Assembly: GCA_965202585.1 (NCBI GenBank)
Contig: OZ241828.1
Span: 56,916,001-56,980,000, forward strand
Length of the DNA stretch: 64,000 bases
Direction: 5' to 3'
From: Thalia democratica
Taxonomy: Eukaryota
Part shown: positions 39,817 to 52,990 of the stretch, in pieces
Numbering within the stretch: position 1 is the stretch's first letter
Layout: each line of letters opens with the position of its first letter
Translations under genes and position numbers: made by a program
Notes under the pieces: model-generated
What the model was told of the DNA's origin: nothing
Seen by the model: the letters and a program-made list of their open reading frames with translations, nothing else
Databases searched by the model: none

Positions 39817-40494
39817 GGGCAAAGGGGGGAGGGGAGGTAAAACGCCTATTTTTTGAAATTTGATCTTATTTTTATAGTTTTTACTAAGCTACAAAATGCT
39901 TTTTACGGATTTAAAAAATTCAAAATAATATTTAACTTATAGTTGGTCAAAGTCAGAGGCAACAATAGGTTTCTTATAGGAGGCGCAAACTAAAGCATCA
40001 AAAATAGACTATTTCGCTAAAGTCTATCTTCTCCTACAATTTTTGAGATAAGTATCTCAAATTTTCAGGAAACGTTCCTTGGTATATTTAGAAAATTCTG
40101 TCAAAAGGATTTTTTTTTAAATTATAAAATAAAAATTTATATAAAAAATAAACAAAAAAAAACAGTTTTTTTTTGTTTTAAAATCTGTTTTTTTTTAATT
40201 TTTTAAAATGTTGTTCCTTAGAAATTTCTAAATATTGCAAGGAACACTTCCTGAAAATTTGAGGTAGATATCTCAAAAAACGTAGGAAGAGATAGATGTT
40301 TAGTGATTTCTTTTTATTTGCCATTTTAGTTTGCGTCTCTTGAAGGAATCTATTGTTGCCTCTGACTTTGACCAGCTATATCTCAAAAATTATTTTGAAA
40401 TCTTAAAATCTGTAAAAAGCATCTTGTAGCTTAGTAAATACTATATAAAATAAGATCAAATTGTACAATAAGGTGTTTAACTCCCCCTATGCCC
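39817..40494. mobile_element. Foldback MITE with TTAA TSD and GG termini (Kolobok-like)
   Basis: TTAA|GGGCA...TGCCC|TTAA. The two halves are long imperfect inverted repeats (e.g. GGTCAAAGTCAGAGGCAACAATAG / CTATTGTTGCCTCTGACTTTGACC). Confidence 0.8.
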
Positions 40495-40620
40495 TTAACT
40501 ATAATAAATTTAAATATGAATTATAGTATAAACATAAGACTTTAGTAAATTAGTATTATAGTTATTTGTCTTAACTAAAAAAGATTGCTCAATTTACTGA
40601 AATGTAAAGAGCTTAGTTAA

Positions 40621-40800
40621 ATAAAGATGTGCAAACTAAATATTTTATTCACAACCAGGTTTTGGTGAAAAAAAAAGTGACTTCTTCAAGTTAAATAATA
40701 TAATTTTAATTCATTGGTATTTTATTTAACTTGAAGAGTTCACAATTTTTTCTAACTGAAGCCCGGTTGTGAATAAAGTATTTAGTTTGCACACCTTTAT
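40621..40800. mobile_element. Short palindromic MITE
   Basis: ATAAAGATGTGCAAACTAAATATTTTATTCACAACC / GGTTGTGAATAAAGTATTTAGTTTGCACACCTTTAT. A related fragment lies near 51790-51830. Confidence 0.75.
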
Positions 40801-41376
40801 GTAAATTAGTATTACTAAAGTATGACTTAAAGTTAACTGTTAGTTTTTATTTCATACTTAAATATATTATAAACATTTTTTTTTTCTGCAAAAACTTTCT
40901 TTTCCAATTATAAAGTTGAAGCATTTATTGCTAAAACTATAATTTTTTAAATCTGAGTAGTTTTAGCTCTACTTACTCCAAGTAAATACATCAAACCTAG
41001 CTTTATTCAATAAACATTATAAATTCATAAGTCATAATACAAACATTTTTTGTTTAAGAATGTCTTATTTCATACTAAAAAAAAGTTTTAATAGTTTAGT
41101 TTTAAGTTTCTATATATTTTAACCAACTAATATTACTATTAGAAACACACAAGTATTTATAACTATTTTCCTTTATATAACTTATCTACAAAACTTAATA
41201 TCTGAAGCAAAGTATTTCTAAAAATATGTTTTAACAGAATAAAAAAGCAAGCATTTTGTTTTTGTAATTTTTAATTTTCTTTTAACCATATAGCATTTTG
41301 ATATATTTGCTATTTCTAAACTAAGGTAGGCATTATCTATTTATAATTTTTTTTCTTTATTGTGGTGTATAATAAT

Positions 41377-41937
41377 GGAGAACAGGGCTAATATGCACAA
41401 AGATCTTTTGCACTAAGGGTCAAATATCACCAAGAGACACTTTAGCACAAAAAAGTTTTTGCACAAATGGAATTTTTTACACAAAGGCACTTTTAAGGTA
41501 ACCTTTGTACAAAAGTAAAAAAGAAACTAGTTAAAACAAATAATTACAAATAAAAAAAAAACAAGGATAAATTGATAACAAAAATTACTGACTAAGGGTA
41601 AAGTTAGGGGTAACAGTGATAATAAAAATTATCTACAAAAAGTAAAAAATAACAAAAAAAAGTATTAAAATAGAACTTGATAAAAAATAGTTACTGACCA
41701 AGGGTAAAAGTGATTAAGAAAACCAATAAAAACTGTTAATCAAAAAAAAAAAACAAAAAAAAAAAAGAAAATAAAAAACAAACGAGGGTAAAGGTTAGGG
41801 GTATTAGTGATAGTAGAAAAAAAAAAAAAATTCACGCTAGACCCTTTGTGCAAAAGTGTGTTTGTGCAAAAGTGTCTTTGTGTATAAATGTCCCTTCGTG
41901 AAAAATTGTCTCTTTGGGCATATTAGACTCCTACACC
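41377..41937. mobile_element. MITE with TGCACAAA subterminal repeats
   Basis: CTAATATGCACAAAGA / TCTTTGGGCATATTAG inverted ends. TAATAAT flanks both sides. Confidence 0.7.
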
Positions 41938-43437
41938 TAATAATGTGTTACTTTAAATTTTAAAACTTTTAGACTTTTTTTTGTTTAGTAAATTATAAAA
42001 ACAATAGTAGTCCAATGACTGTACCTTTAAGCACTTCTTCTATACTATCACTGGTTGATACATATCATTAAAAACTAGTTTTTTTTTCTTTCAACTTAGT
42101 ATGGTTCTATTAATTTGATGTTTTTCTTTGTACCATAGTTTTATGACTTTTCTAATGAAATTCTTCTATCCACACAGTAAAAGCCTTACTCAGATCCAAC
42201 AAAACATTATCAAAGTAGAACAATGCTCTTCGAAAAAAGTACCAAAAAAATTATATAAAACACAACATTTTTCAAGGTAGTTAAAATTTTTTCTCTTGTA
42301 GATAGCTTGTAGACAGTGTCATCTCTACCTAATGCACACAGTTTAAATAGAAATTATCTTGATTCTAGGTTATAACCAATACATAGGTTTTATAAAAAAA
42401 CATTATTATAATTCGAGATTGACTCTATTTCAACGTTATTAATAAAAAGTTCAAACAATTTTTGTTGTTATACTTACAATTTTTTTTTGTATCTAGTAGT
42501 ATTGTTTTGTACACAGTTGAAATTTAAAAAAATGCTACTGTGCTTAGGTGCACTTCACAATGTGCTTTACTAGCCTAATCTAGCTGTACCATCTAGTTAG
42601 TAACCATGAGAAGAAATTGTGATTCTTTTTTGTCTACAAACACTTTTTTTTGAAACATGTAAATTACTATGTTTGAAATAGTTTCTATTTAGTCAAAAAA
42701 AGTATTTTTTTAAATTAAAAGTTTAAACAGTCTTTTTATTTTTCTATATGCAAAAGTAGACTTTTTATGTCTGCTTACTTTTCTTTTAAGTGTAACTGTA
42801 GTTATAGCTGATAATCAATTCTTTTGAAACTTTTTTTTATGCTCAACAAAAGTATCTCATCTATATGTACAGTTGAGTTATCACACACTCAAGCCAACTA
42901 GTTTAAGTTTTTTGAAAAACGCAGGCCAACTCGCGCTAGTTATGATTTTTTCTCAAAAATATGTATAGTTTTTTTGAGTTTTAAATCAATATTTTCATTA
43001 AACATTAACTAAGTTGTTTATTTATTATTGTTTATATAAGTTTTCAAACTTGACCAATTGTTTTATTTTCTATAAGGAAGATATTTTTAAAAAACTAAGA
43101 AACTAAAGATATTTTATCTGATGAAAACCTTAATGCAGTTTCTTAATTTGTTTTCCTCATTTGTTTTAAAGTTTAAATGTTATGTTTTCTCAGAAATGTT
43201 TTTTTTTTATATGTTTTTTTCAATTTTAGGATTAGTATCTTAAAGACCTTTTTTGTTTTGAATCTGACATATATTTTTTTTTATTTTTAGATTTATCATA
43301 TTTTTATACTACTTCAAAACATAACCTGCCAGTCAACTTAAAAAAGTATTATTTTATTGAACTATAGATTTCTATAAACATATAAACAATTTTAAAAGTT
43401 TTTACAACATGACCTTCTACATAAGTCTTTATAAACT

Positions 43438-45031
43438 CAGGGTTGCCACACACTCAGGGAACTCAGGGAATCTCAGGGAATTTTCAAACTGTAGAAAATC
43501 TCAGGGAAACTCAGGGAAACTCAGGGAATTTTGGCATTTTTCTTTTAACTCAGGGAAACTCAGGGAAGTTTTGATTTTTTCTCTAAATTTCAGGGAAGTT
43601 TTTGAAAATCTCAGGGAAATTTTTTTCTAGATCTAGAATGAGGTTTAGTTAATCCAGTTTCAATATTTTGTTCAAAAGTAGTAATTTTTATTATTAAAGT
43701 GGTTATTTAGAATTTTTTTAGCCTTGCGGCTAGTTCTTCAATATTCTTAGTATTCATTGTCTTAGTATTAACATTGTTGTATTAACACTCGATATCCCAA
43801 GCAAGTATAAAGATTTAACAAGAGTCCTTGAGGCTGTTTTTGTGCTTCACAATGGCCAGGCAAGTGTTGAACGAGGCTTTAGCTTAAATAAGGAAGTAAT
43901 ATCAGCTAATATGGGAGAGATGACAATAAGGTCCCGAAGAATGATCAAAGATCATCTATATATGCAAACAGTCTAGAACAAAGCACAGTTGAACTAAGTT
44001 CTGAATTGTTAAAATTTGTAAAATCTTCTAGGGCAACCAATATTTGGCATATCTTGAGCAACAGCGCTTTGCTAAAAATGTTCCAAATAAAGGTGATGCT
44101 TTGAGCAAGTTAAGAGAACAAAAAAGTAAACTTACAAAGCAACTCAAATGTTTGAATGAAGACTATGACAAATATACTGCAGATGCCAACAAACAGTCTG
44201 ATTTAGAAGCAATGAAAGAATTATTAGCAAGAAGAATAGCTGCTAAGGAAAACGCAAATAAACTTGAAAATAAAATTAAAACTATTGATTTAGAAATTGC
44301 ATACTTAAAAAAACAGTATTAAGATTTTTTATTAGGTAATATGAAATTGTTTTAAAATCAAAATTATGTTTTCAGTTATTTAAAATAGATTGTGTATGAA
44401 CATCTAAAAGACATTAAAAAAAATTTAATTTTAGATTATTTTGTATCAGTTGTTAGGTATTAAGTTGTACCTTGATATGAGATATTTCTTTAGCTATTTC
44501 TTTAAACTTTCTTTTTGCAGATTTTTTTACAATAATGTTAAGCTTTTAAGTTTTATTTACTGCATTCAGAACAGTTGCTAGGAAAGACATACAAGTCATA
44601 ATGAAGTTATTATGTATGCATTTAAGTGAGTTCTTCATGTGAAATTATTACTATAGTATAATTAAATTTTGTCAATTAAAATGTCAAACAAATTAAACTT
44701 TTTTCTTTTATGTAGAAAGTTAACTAACAAGTTTACACAAAGTTGTGCAAAAATTTAGTTTTTAATTTTTAATTGGTTTAAACCTTTTAAGATTGAGTTT
44801 TTGAAAACAGTTTTTTTCATAAATTTAATGCAGAAGCATACACATACAACCTTCCTTTTATTATTAAAGAAGAAAAATGAGAATGAGGTATTAATAATTT
44901 GTGTTAGAAGAGAAAAATTTTTTTTTTAAGATTTGAAAGATACTCAGGGAAACTCAGGGAAATTTAAGGTTACTCAGGGAAATTTTTGGTCACTCAGGGA
45001 AGATTTTTTGGCTCAAAGAGTGGCAACCCTG
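43438..45031 (+). mobile_element. Internally deleted hAT element (6-bp TSD) retaining the transposase C-terminus
   Basis: TIRs CAGGGTTGCCAC / GTGGCAACCCTG. TAAACT on both sides. CTCAGGGAA subterminal repeats. 43800-44322 reads VFVLHNGQASVERGFSLNK (hAT dimerisation region) and then the 44044-44322 coiled-coil ORF. Confidence 0.92.
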
Positions 45032-45832
45032 TAAACTGTTAAATGTTCTTGAATTCTATATTAGTAATGATTACTGAATGTGATATTATTTTTGAGTTAA
45101 GTCAATGTTTTTGAATTTGAATTTTTTTCAAATGATATCCAGTGAAAATGAGAACCTGTTACATGAAAATTCTTAAACATTAATAGCAAATTACGTTTCA
45201 TAATTTAAGTACTATTTATCAGAGTTTTATTACCAATATTAAATTAGGGGACTTTTTGTCTAAAAACTTCTAATCAACAAAGAAAAAAAAAAAAAAAAGT
45301 TTATAAATATGGTGTAAATGTTATAGTTAGTAAACTTTGGTGCTAGTTTTAATAGTTGTATTAATAAAGTTTGACAAATGACAATTTTGAAAATCCAATT
45401 AAGTATACTTCAACAAAAGTAGAGCAACCAATATTTAGCCCATTTCCTAGAAAAAGTTGTCACATCTAACCCACTACTAGAAAAGTTGCCAAAGTCTATT
45501 ATAAAAAAATCAAAAAAGTTATATAAACAATAATTACAAAATAAAGACAAAAGTAATTGGCATTGTATCATGAAATGAAATAAGCAAACACTAGACCTAT
45601 AAGAATTTACTTAGAAGTTATAATATTTTTATTATAGTTTAAATGTTTTCAGACTTAGTTGTTATACAAACTCACCACGAAGTAACTTAGACCAATATTA
45701 CAAAATATATTTTAGTAAATATTAAAAGTAAGTTAATCTATTAATAAAAAAGGCCATAACAAAAATTTATTACAGATGAGAGCCTGTTTATAATTTTCAT
45801 AGATTTTAAACTTGATAAATCAAAACTAAAAA

Positions 45833-47338
45833 ATGAAAGACCAAACCCTGAAGTACTGCGGGATTTTCATCAGTGGGGCAGGAGTAACTTGTGGTCTCTA
45901 CTACCTCAGCAAGTGGGCCACATCTTCTCACCAGCAGGTGGCCTGCTACGCCGGGCTCACCAACAACGGTAACACTTGCTACATGAACTCTGTTCTCCAA
46001 TCATTAGCCAGCTGCCCTCATTTTGTTAAGTTTCTCAGGAGCAACAGGGAAAAGGTGGGGGGAGGTGGGAAAATGAGTGAGGTGATCCTAGAAGTGCTGG
46101 ATCAGTTGGAGGAGAAGGGCAATTTGAAGTACTTCAACCCTTGTTGTGTGATGGCAGGTTTGAAGAGAAGAGGGTGGCGCATCAGTGAGGAGGAACACGA
46201 CTCGCACGAGTTCCTGCATGCCCTCACTGCAACTGTGCAAGATGAAAACCACAAGTTTATTTCGTGCCACCTAAAGCCTTCTCTTGCAAATATCAAAAAA
46301 AGTGAAGTTTTAAAAGAACCTTCCAGTCGTGTGAAGTTCAAGCAAGGCGTAAGTCAAGATTTGCGTTTTCTCAAAAACATGTTTCACTTGAACACAGAGC
46401 TGCAGGGCAGGGTGGGTACAAAGCTGACTTGTTCCAAATGCGGCCACCAGAACCCCATCAGGTACGAAGCCTTTCACAGTCTGAGCGTTCCTTTCAGCAA
46501 CTTGGTGTGCAAAAGCAAAATAACCTTGCAAGACTGCCTTGAAAACTATTTCTCTCCGGAGCAACTTGAAGATGTGATCTGTGAACACTGCACAAAAGAG
46601 AGCGGAAAACAGAAAGGTCTCGGAGATTTCAGTGATTCTACGTTTAAAAGTTCCAGAAAACCTTTTCAAACTGACATGTACAGCTTGAATGTTTTAGACA
46701 TGACTTTAAAAGGTGTGAAGGTTGACCGTACTAGCATTAACAATAAGTCATCAAAACCGGTAAAAATTAAAAACAAATTCACCAAAACTTTGTTTTTGGT
46801 TAAAAGCCCAAAAACGTTGTGCATACATCTCCAAAGGTTGACTTGGAGCCAAGGGTATCCGGTAAAGCTTCAAAATCATGTTGACTTCCCTTTGTTTTTG
46901 TATAAAAAAGATTTTTCCAAACACTGGCACTGTCAAAAAGACACGTCGTTGTGTGATGTGACCAACAAAAACAAAATTACAGAAACAAGCATGAAAAATT
47001 ACTTGAAAAAATTGAATTTAGACAAAACAAAAAAAGGACCTAGCAGCAGTTCTTTAGACAGTTTTGTGTCGAAAATCGTCAGCAAAAATCAAAACTTGTT
47101 GAAGCCAACCACCAACCAACGACGTCCCATTTACCAGCTGTGCTCCGTTATAGTCCACCACGGACACGGTCTGAACAACTCCGGACATTTCGTGTGCTAC
47201 AGAAGAGTTTTGAACGATGGCAGAGAGTGTTGGCTGCACATATCTGACACTGAAGTGATAGAGTGCAGTGTCAAAAACGTTTTAAACTCGCAAGCTTACA
47301 TGCTTTTCTATGAAAGATTGAGCAGTAAGGCACTTTGA
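45833..47338 (+). CDS. USP30: Ubiquitin-specific protease 30 (mitochondrial outer-membrane DUB), intronless CDS, 501 aa
   Basis: N-terminal TM, Cys box GLTNNGNTCYMNSVLQ, LCIHLQRLTWS, His box VHHG..NSGHFVCYRR, ISD with the USP30-type Ser, and AYMLFYER. Confidence 0.9.
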   Translation: MKDQTLKYCGIFISGAGVTCGLYYLSKWATSSHQQVACYAGLTNNGNTCYMNSVLQSLASCPHFVKFLRSNREKVGGGGKMSEVILEVLDQLEEKGNLKYFNPCCVMAGLKRRGWRISEEEHDSHEFLHALTATVQDENHKFISCHLKPSLANIKKSEVLKEPSSRVKFKQGVSQDLRFLKNMFHLNTELQGRVGTKLTCSKCGHQNPIRYEAFHSLSVPFSNLVCKSKITLQDCLENYFSPEQLEDVICEHCTKESGKQKGLGDFSDSTFKSSRKPFQTDMYSLNVLDMTLKGVKVDRTSINNKSSKPVKIKNKFTKTLFLVKSPKTLCIHLQRLTWSQGYPVKLQNHVDFPLFLYKKDFSKHWHCQKDTSLCDVTNKNKITETSMKNYLKKLNLDKTKKGPSSSSLDSFVSKIVSKNQNLLKPTTNQRRPIYQLCSVIVHHGHGLNNSGHFVCYRRVLNDGRECWLHISDTEVIECSVKNVLNSQAYMLFYERLSSKAL

Positions 47339-48975
47339 TGTTTTGATTAGTAAATGGGTTTTATAAGTAGAAAATTTGACAATTTTTTAGCCAATTTTGC
47401 TTTTGTTTTCAGCTCAAAGTTAATTAAGCCAAATGTTAAATGTTTAAGTTTCTTAAATGTGCTTCGTATATTACAAAAGAAAGCTGTTTGACTTTTAAAC
47501 TAAACTTTCTTAAGTTTATTACTTTTAAAAAATTCATGTATGAAAACTTTATATATCTTGATATGCAGTTGAATATTATTAAAAAAACAAGTTCCACATC
47601 TAAAAATATATTATGTATTAAGAAATATTTCCAGTACTTTTTGAAACTTTAAAGAGCTTATCTTTAATACGTCTAGTTTGCTTATTATTGTAAACAAAAT
47701 ATGTAAATTTTAATTTACAAAATATGTTCGAGTTTTTTTATAATTTTTTTCAATATAACTTGTATTGTTTTACGTTTATTTATTTTGTAACACTGTGCCA
47801 CTGTTTATTAAATAAATAATAAAGAGCTTAAATTGAAAGTTTCATATATGTAAATTTGTTTCATTCTTCTTATTTTTTAAAAAAATTGTTAAACGAATAC
47901 GTAATTAACCAAGTTAGTTAATTTGAATCTTTAGTTTAAAGATGGTATTTTATTTTGAGAAACATAGACTTAAAATTCTTTCCTAAAATAAAACAAATTT
48001 AAAAATCTCAATAATTCTAGCTGCTAAAGTCAAATTACTTAAACTTTTTAGTTTATAATGTTTTAAAAGTACATATTCGAATTAAAACTTTTGTTTTAGA
48101 CAAGAACAGTGGTGTTCATAATAAAATATAGTCTTATTTAATGAATTATATTTTTACAGTCTATTGTGCACAGAAGTTATTTTCTTGCAATAAACTGTAC
48201 ACAGTTTTTTTAAACCTTCAAAAACCTTTGGTATAGAAATTAATAACATATTGTTGTTATTAAATTATTATTATATTATCTAACAAAAAGTTAATGCTTG
48301 TTTACAAATGTTTTCGTCAATTTAGTTTACTAACATTTACACTAAAAATAAAATTTAAAAAAAAACTAATTTCTTATTTTTGTACAAAGTACTTCCAAAA
48401 CTACAATTTTAAAGTCAAGAAAAACTACTTAATAGTTTGTCATATATTTTAATTGCTACAACAAATCATGTAAAACAATAATGTTTTATAACTAGTGATA
48501 AGTTTAATGACCAAATTAGATTTGTCCTATATCCAAACTTTATAAACTAAGATTATTAAACTCGATTTAAAAAAAAATAATTTAGTCTACTGAGTTTTTT
48601 TTAAAGTTTTAGCAAACTTGTATGTTAAGTATAATTTATTCAACAATTGTCAATTCAAGCTAACGCCAATTCACCTAGAAGGTTCTTCAGAGCTTTTTCA
48701 AATTGAATTTTTTAGTATATGCAAACTTGTATTGTAAAAATATATTTTTTAAGTTTATATTATTTTTATCATAAAAATAATCATTAACTTTATTTAGAAA
48801 ACTCGAAGCAAACACCTTATATCATTAGTTAATTATTTCAGGCAAAAAAAAGTATTTCTGTATAAAAAGTATGCTCTGAGTACGTTAAGAAGCCCTAATG
48901 TTACAATTAACCGTTTAAACACTCAAAATTTAAAACAGATTTTAGCAATTTGAGTTTAAACTGAATGTGGTAAAC

Positions 48976-51355
48976 ATGGAAAGAACAGTCACCGTGGTGG
49001 AAAAGGACCCGATCACCAACCACCTTCGCTTCCACTCCGACAGACTGGAAAACCTTATCCGAGACAATTTCGCCGAAAACCTACTTATAATGCCCATATC
49101 AATAGCAGGTCCATATTCCACTTGGAAGTCGTTTTTCATGAACTTCATGGTGAAGCTGCTGAACGGAACGAACTCTGACGACTGGATCGAAGCAGAGACC
49201 GAAATCGTGAGTTTGAACCTCGACGCGATGACTATCGGAAGTGGGGAATCCCCTATTGTAGGTTGCTGCATGAAAGTGTACCACAAAATATTCCGCCTCA
49301 AAGATGAGAACAACGAAGAAGTGGGAGTGATGCTCATCGACTGCAAAGGGTTCCACGGCCGAGACCTGACGCTTTCCGACGCGGCAAAAATTTTCACGTT
49401 GAGCAGTTTCGTGAGCAGCCTACAAATTTTCAATTTGAGCAAAATGATAAGAGCCGAGGACCTACACTTTCTCGATTTTGTTTGCTCTTGCAGCAAGCTG
49501 ATTTCAGATGCCAGGCCTTTCAGCGACCTCGGTTTGTTAATAAGAGATTACAGCGGTACCGACAATCAAGATTTCAACGGAAACACTAACGGAACGTCTT
49601 ATTTTAGGTCATGGCAAAGACTACCAAACACTGACCTCGGATCATTGCAAAATCGTCTTACTAGTTGTTTTGAAAATGTAAACTGCTTTTCGTTGCCCAG
49701 TCCTGGAAATCTAGTTAGTATTGGTAGACCCAATGATGTTTCTATAGCTCAAATAGATCACAGATTTAAAGAAAATGTTCAAAGTTACGTCGCGAACATT
49801 TGCAGAAACTTGAAAGTTAAACAGGTTGATGGGCACAGCATAAACTGTTCGCAGTTACTACAACGTTTTCAAGACAAGTTTGATGAGGTAAGCAATCAAA
49901 GTATCTTTGATTTAAAACTCTGGAAGCATTTTGTGTCACATGATTACTATGAAGAAAAAGCTTTGAAGCTTTACAAGTTGTTTTGTGACCAAATTGGCAC
50001 TAGTTTAAATGGTGAACATTCTGATTATGAAGCTTGTAGGCAAGATAAACTACAGCAATTTGACAATTTAAAGGACTTAGGTTGTATTGAAATAAGAGAA
50101 AAGTGCAGAAAAAAAGACTATGACTAGATGAAGACATGACAATTAAAATTGATGAAACGAAAAAGATTGTGCTTGTTATTGAAAAAGTAAAAAGCACTAA
50201 GATAAACTGGAATAATCACCTTAGAAGCTTTTATACTTTTGCTATACCATTTTTAGTAGTAGTTTTACTTGTTTTGTCAAATGCTGCGTTTAATACAAGC
50301 AGTTTAAAACAAAATGAAAATTTTGATGTTTCAGAAGTGGAGGTGGTAAACTTTTTCAAAACAACAGTAGAAGATTGCTTTGGAATTTACAAAGAAGAGC
50401 TAAACTCTAAAAAGCATATGATTAATAGTATCGATGATTTGCATAAAAGCTATGTAAAAGCAATGGACAATGCACTGACAAGGTTAAATGATGAGGTTGC
50501 TACTTTCAAGACAGATATGAGTTTTAACAAAATGTCTTTATCTTCAAAAGAATTAGTTAACAGAAACAACTCAAAGTACAAATCGAAGCTTAAAGAAAAA
50601 CTTTATAGCTTTTACGTCACTTTGAAAAATCAGTTTGCTGAAGAGTTTGAAAGATCAGAAAAAGAAACAAATCTTATTGAAGACTTTTACAAAGCAGAGT
50701 TTTAAGAGTTAACGATGAAAAATTTCCAAATTTTATTCAAAACAATCCATCATCTGATGAACTAGTTTCGTTTTTAAGAAAATTAAAAGATAGTCTTTTA
50801 ACAAAATACGAATATTCAGTACTTGTAGGTAAATTAGCTTCAAACTTTAAATTTAAGCTTCTAAACCCAAATGAAAATCATGTCAAAAATGAAATAAAAA
50901 TCAGTTATACCAAAGAATGAACGAAAACAACCTAAATGCAAACAATGAAAATGAAATTTCTCCCATTAAAACTCGAGTAAATAACTCCTTTGAACTAAAA
51001 GTTATAAAAATCGTTCTGTTTAATCTAATTGCTTACTTGTACTGGATTATTTGTTGTTTATTAAGCGGATATTTTTTGTATAATTTAACAATTTCCAAAC
51101 GTTTTAAAGTTAAATATTCAATTATTATCTTTTTCTTTGCAATAACAATCTGTACATCTTTTATATTGTCCAATTCTATGTGTACTCTTATACCTTCGAT
51201 ACTGCTCATGTTGTGTTTACAACTGCATCAATTAGTAATTCTAAATATTAATAATTCTAATTAATAAATACGGTAATTCTACGTTACATGATTATTTTCT
51301 GATACTTTGGTGTTTATACAGTGTTATTCGTATATGTGTCTAAATTTTGCAGTTA
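48976..51355 (+). pseudogene. Atlastin/GBP-related GTPase gene, copy 1 (P-loop Gly->Trp, several frameshifts)
   Basis: ISIAGPYSTWKSFFMNF, LIDCKG, LLIRDY. Split into frames 48976-50127, 50136-50705 and 50917-51264, colinear with copies 2 and 3. Confidence 0.88.
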
Positions 51356-52489
51356 GCAAACTAAATAAAAGATTAAATAAACAATTTCAACTCTTTCTTT
51401 TTAAACAATAAGAAGTTGAAAACTGCTTGAGAAAAGACAAATTTTAAAAATAGACTGGCTTTAATTTTATTTTAAAGCAATTTGTTTATAAAGTAATATT
51501 TTAAAATATCAATGCACATTTTTAAATACTTTTTGAAAACTGTTATTTATTTAAATTGAACAAAAAACATCAGATAAACTTACAATCATAATTTTACTAA
51601 CTATCAAGCAAAGGCTTCCAAAAACAATGTAAAATGAAATAATGAACTTAATGTTGTTGTTTTTGTCGAAGCTGTTTTTTTCTTTAAACAACAATTATCT
51701 ATAATAATATTTAAAATTTCTTAGTAAGCAACATTTTTATGTGCAGTTTACTAACTTATTTACTTGAAGAGATCGCAATTTTTTGTCACCGAAACCTGGT
51801 TGTAAATAAAATATTTAATTTTCACAACTTTATTTGAATTAAGATTTAAAATTTAAGTAAAATAAATAAAATATTATCTTAATGACATAAAAAATGCATT
51901 GTAAAGTTTAAGAATACTAAACAGCTTACTTTTCTTAGTATCTTTTAATAAACTAAAACTACTTTAAAACCATTTTATTAAAAAGTTTCATTTGTTTTAA
52001 AATAATTCAGAAATAAAAGTACGTTAATTTTAAAACGTAATTTAAAAGGTATATACAATGTAAGTAAGCTAACAAGATACTTATATAGATTAGATTAATA
52101 TTTGTTTTTATACATTAGATTACAAAAATACATAAATCTATATACTATCTAGTATTTATCATAGTATTTCATACTGATATAAGCCAGTATTATTTTAAAG
52201 AACATTTTAAATGAATAATTTAATAAAAAACATTTTGTAGGCATTTAGGAAATCAAAAAATTAAAATTTTTTAACCAAAGTTTACATTTGCTTATTTAAT
52301 TTTTTTTTGTTAAAATGTTATACTGTTTTTGGTTGTATTTTCAATTGTTTATATCTAATAAAAAAACTTTTTAAGTAAACAGCTAAAAAATTCATTTAAG
52401 TTTAATAGAGTTTAGCAAGCTTTAAAAGTTTGCAATTTTTAAAAGTAAACAGTGGGCAGCGAATTCTCGGAAAAATTTAAAAAAGGTTT

Positions 52490-52990
52490 CTTAAATATGC
52501 TTCGTATATCGCAAAAGAAAGCTGTTTGACTTTTAAACTAAACTTTCTCAAGTTTTTTTATAAAACTTTTTTATTATTTTTAATAAATTCTTTTATGAAA
52601 ACTTTGTATATCTTGATATGCAGTTGAATAGTTATAAAAGTAAAAAAATTCCACATCTAAAAATATATTATGTATTATGAAATACTCCCAGTACTTTTTG
52701 AAACTTTAAAGAGCTTACTTTATTACGTCTAGTTTGGTTGTTATTGTAAACAAAATATGTATATTTTTATTTACAAAATATGTTTAAGATTTTTTATAAT
52801 TTTTCCATTGTTATCTGTATCATTTTACGTTTATCTATTTTGTAACACTGTGCCACTATTTGCTAAATAAATAAAATACAGCTTAAATTGAAAGTTTTAT
52901 CTATGGAAATTTGTTTCATTCTTCATATTTTTTTACTTAGTTGTTAAACAAATGCGTAATTAATCAAACCAGTTAACTTAAATGTTTAGT
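52490..52990. repeat. Duplicate of the USP30 3' flank (47430-47960)
   Basis: TTCTTAAATxTGCTTCGTATAT..CAAAAGAAAGCTGTTTGAC... is colinear for ~500 bp in both places. Confidence 0.88.
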
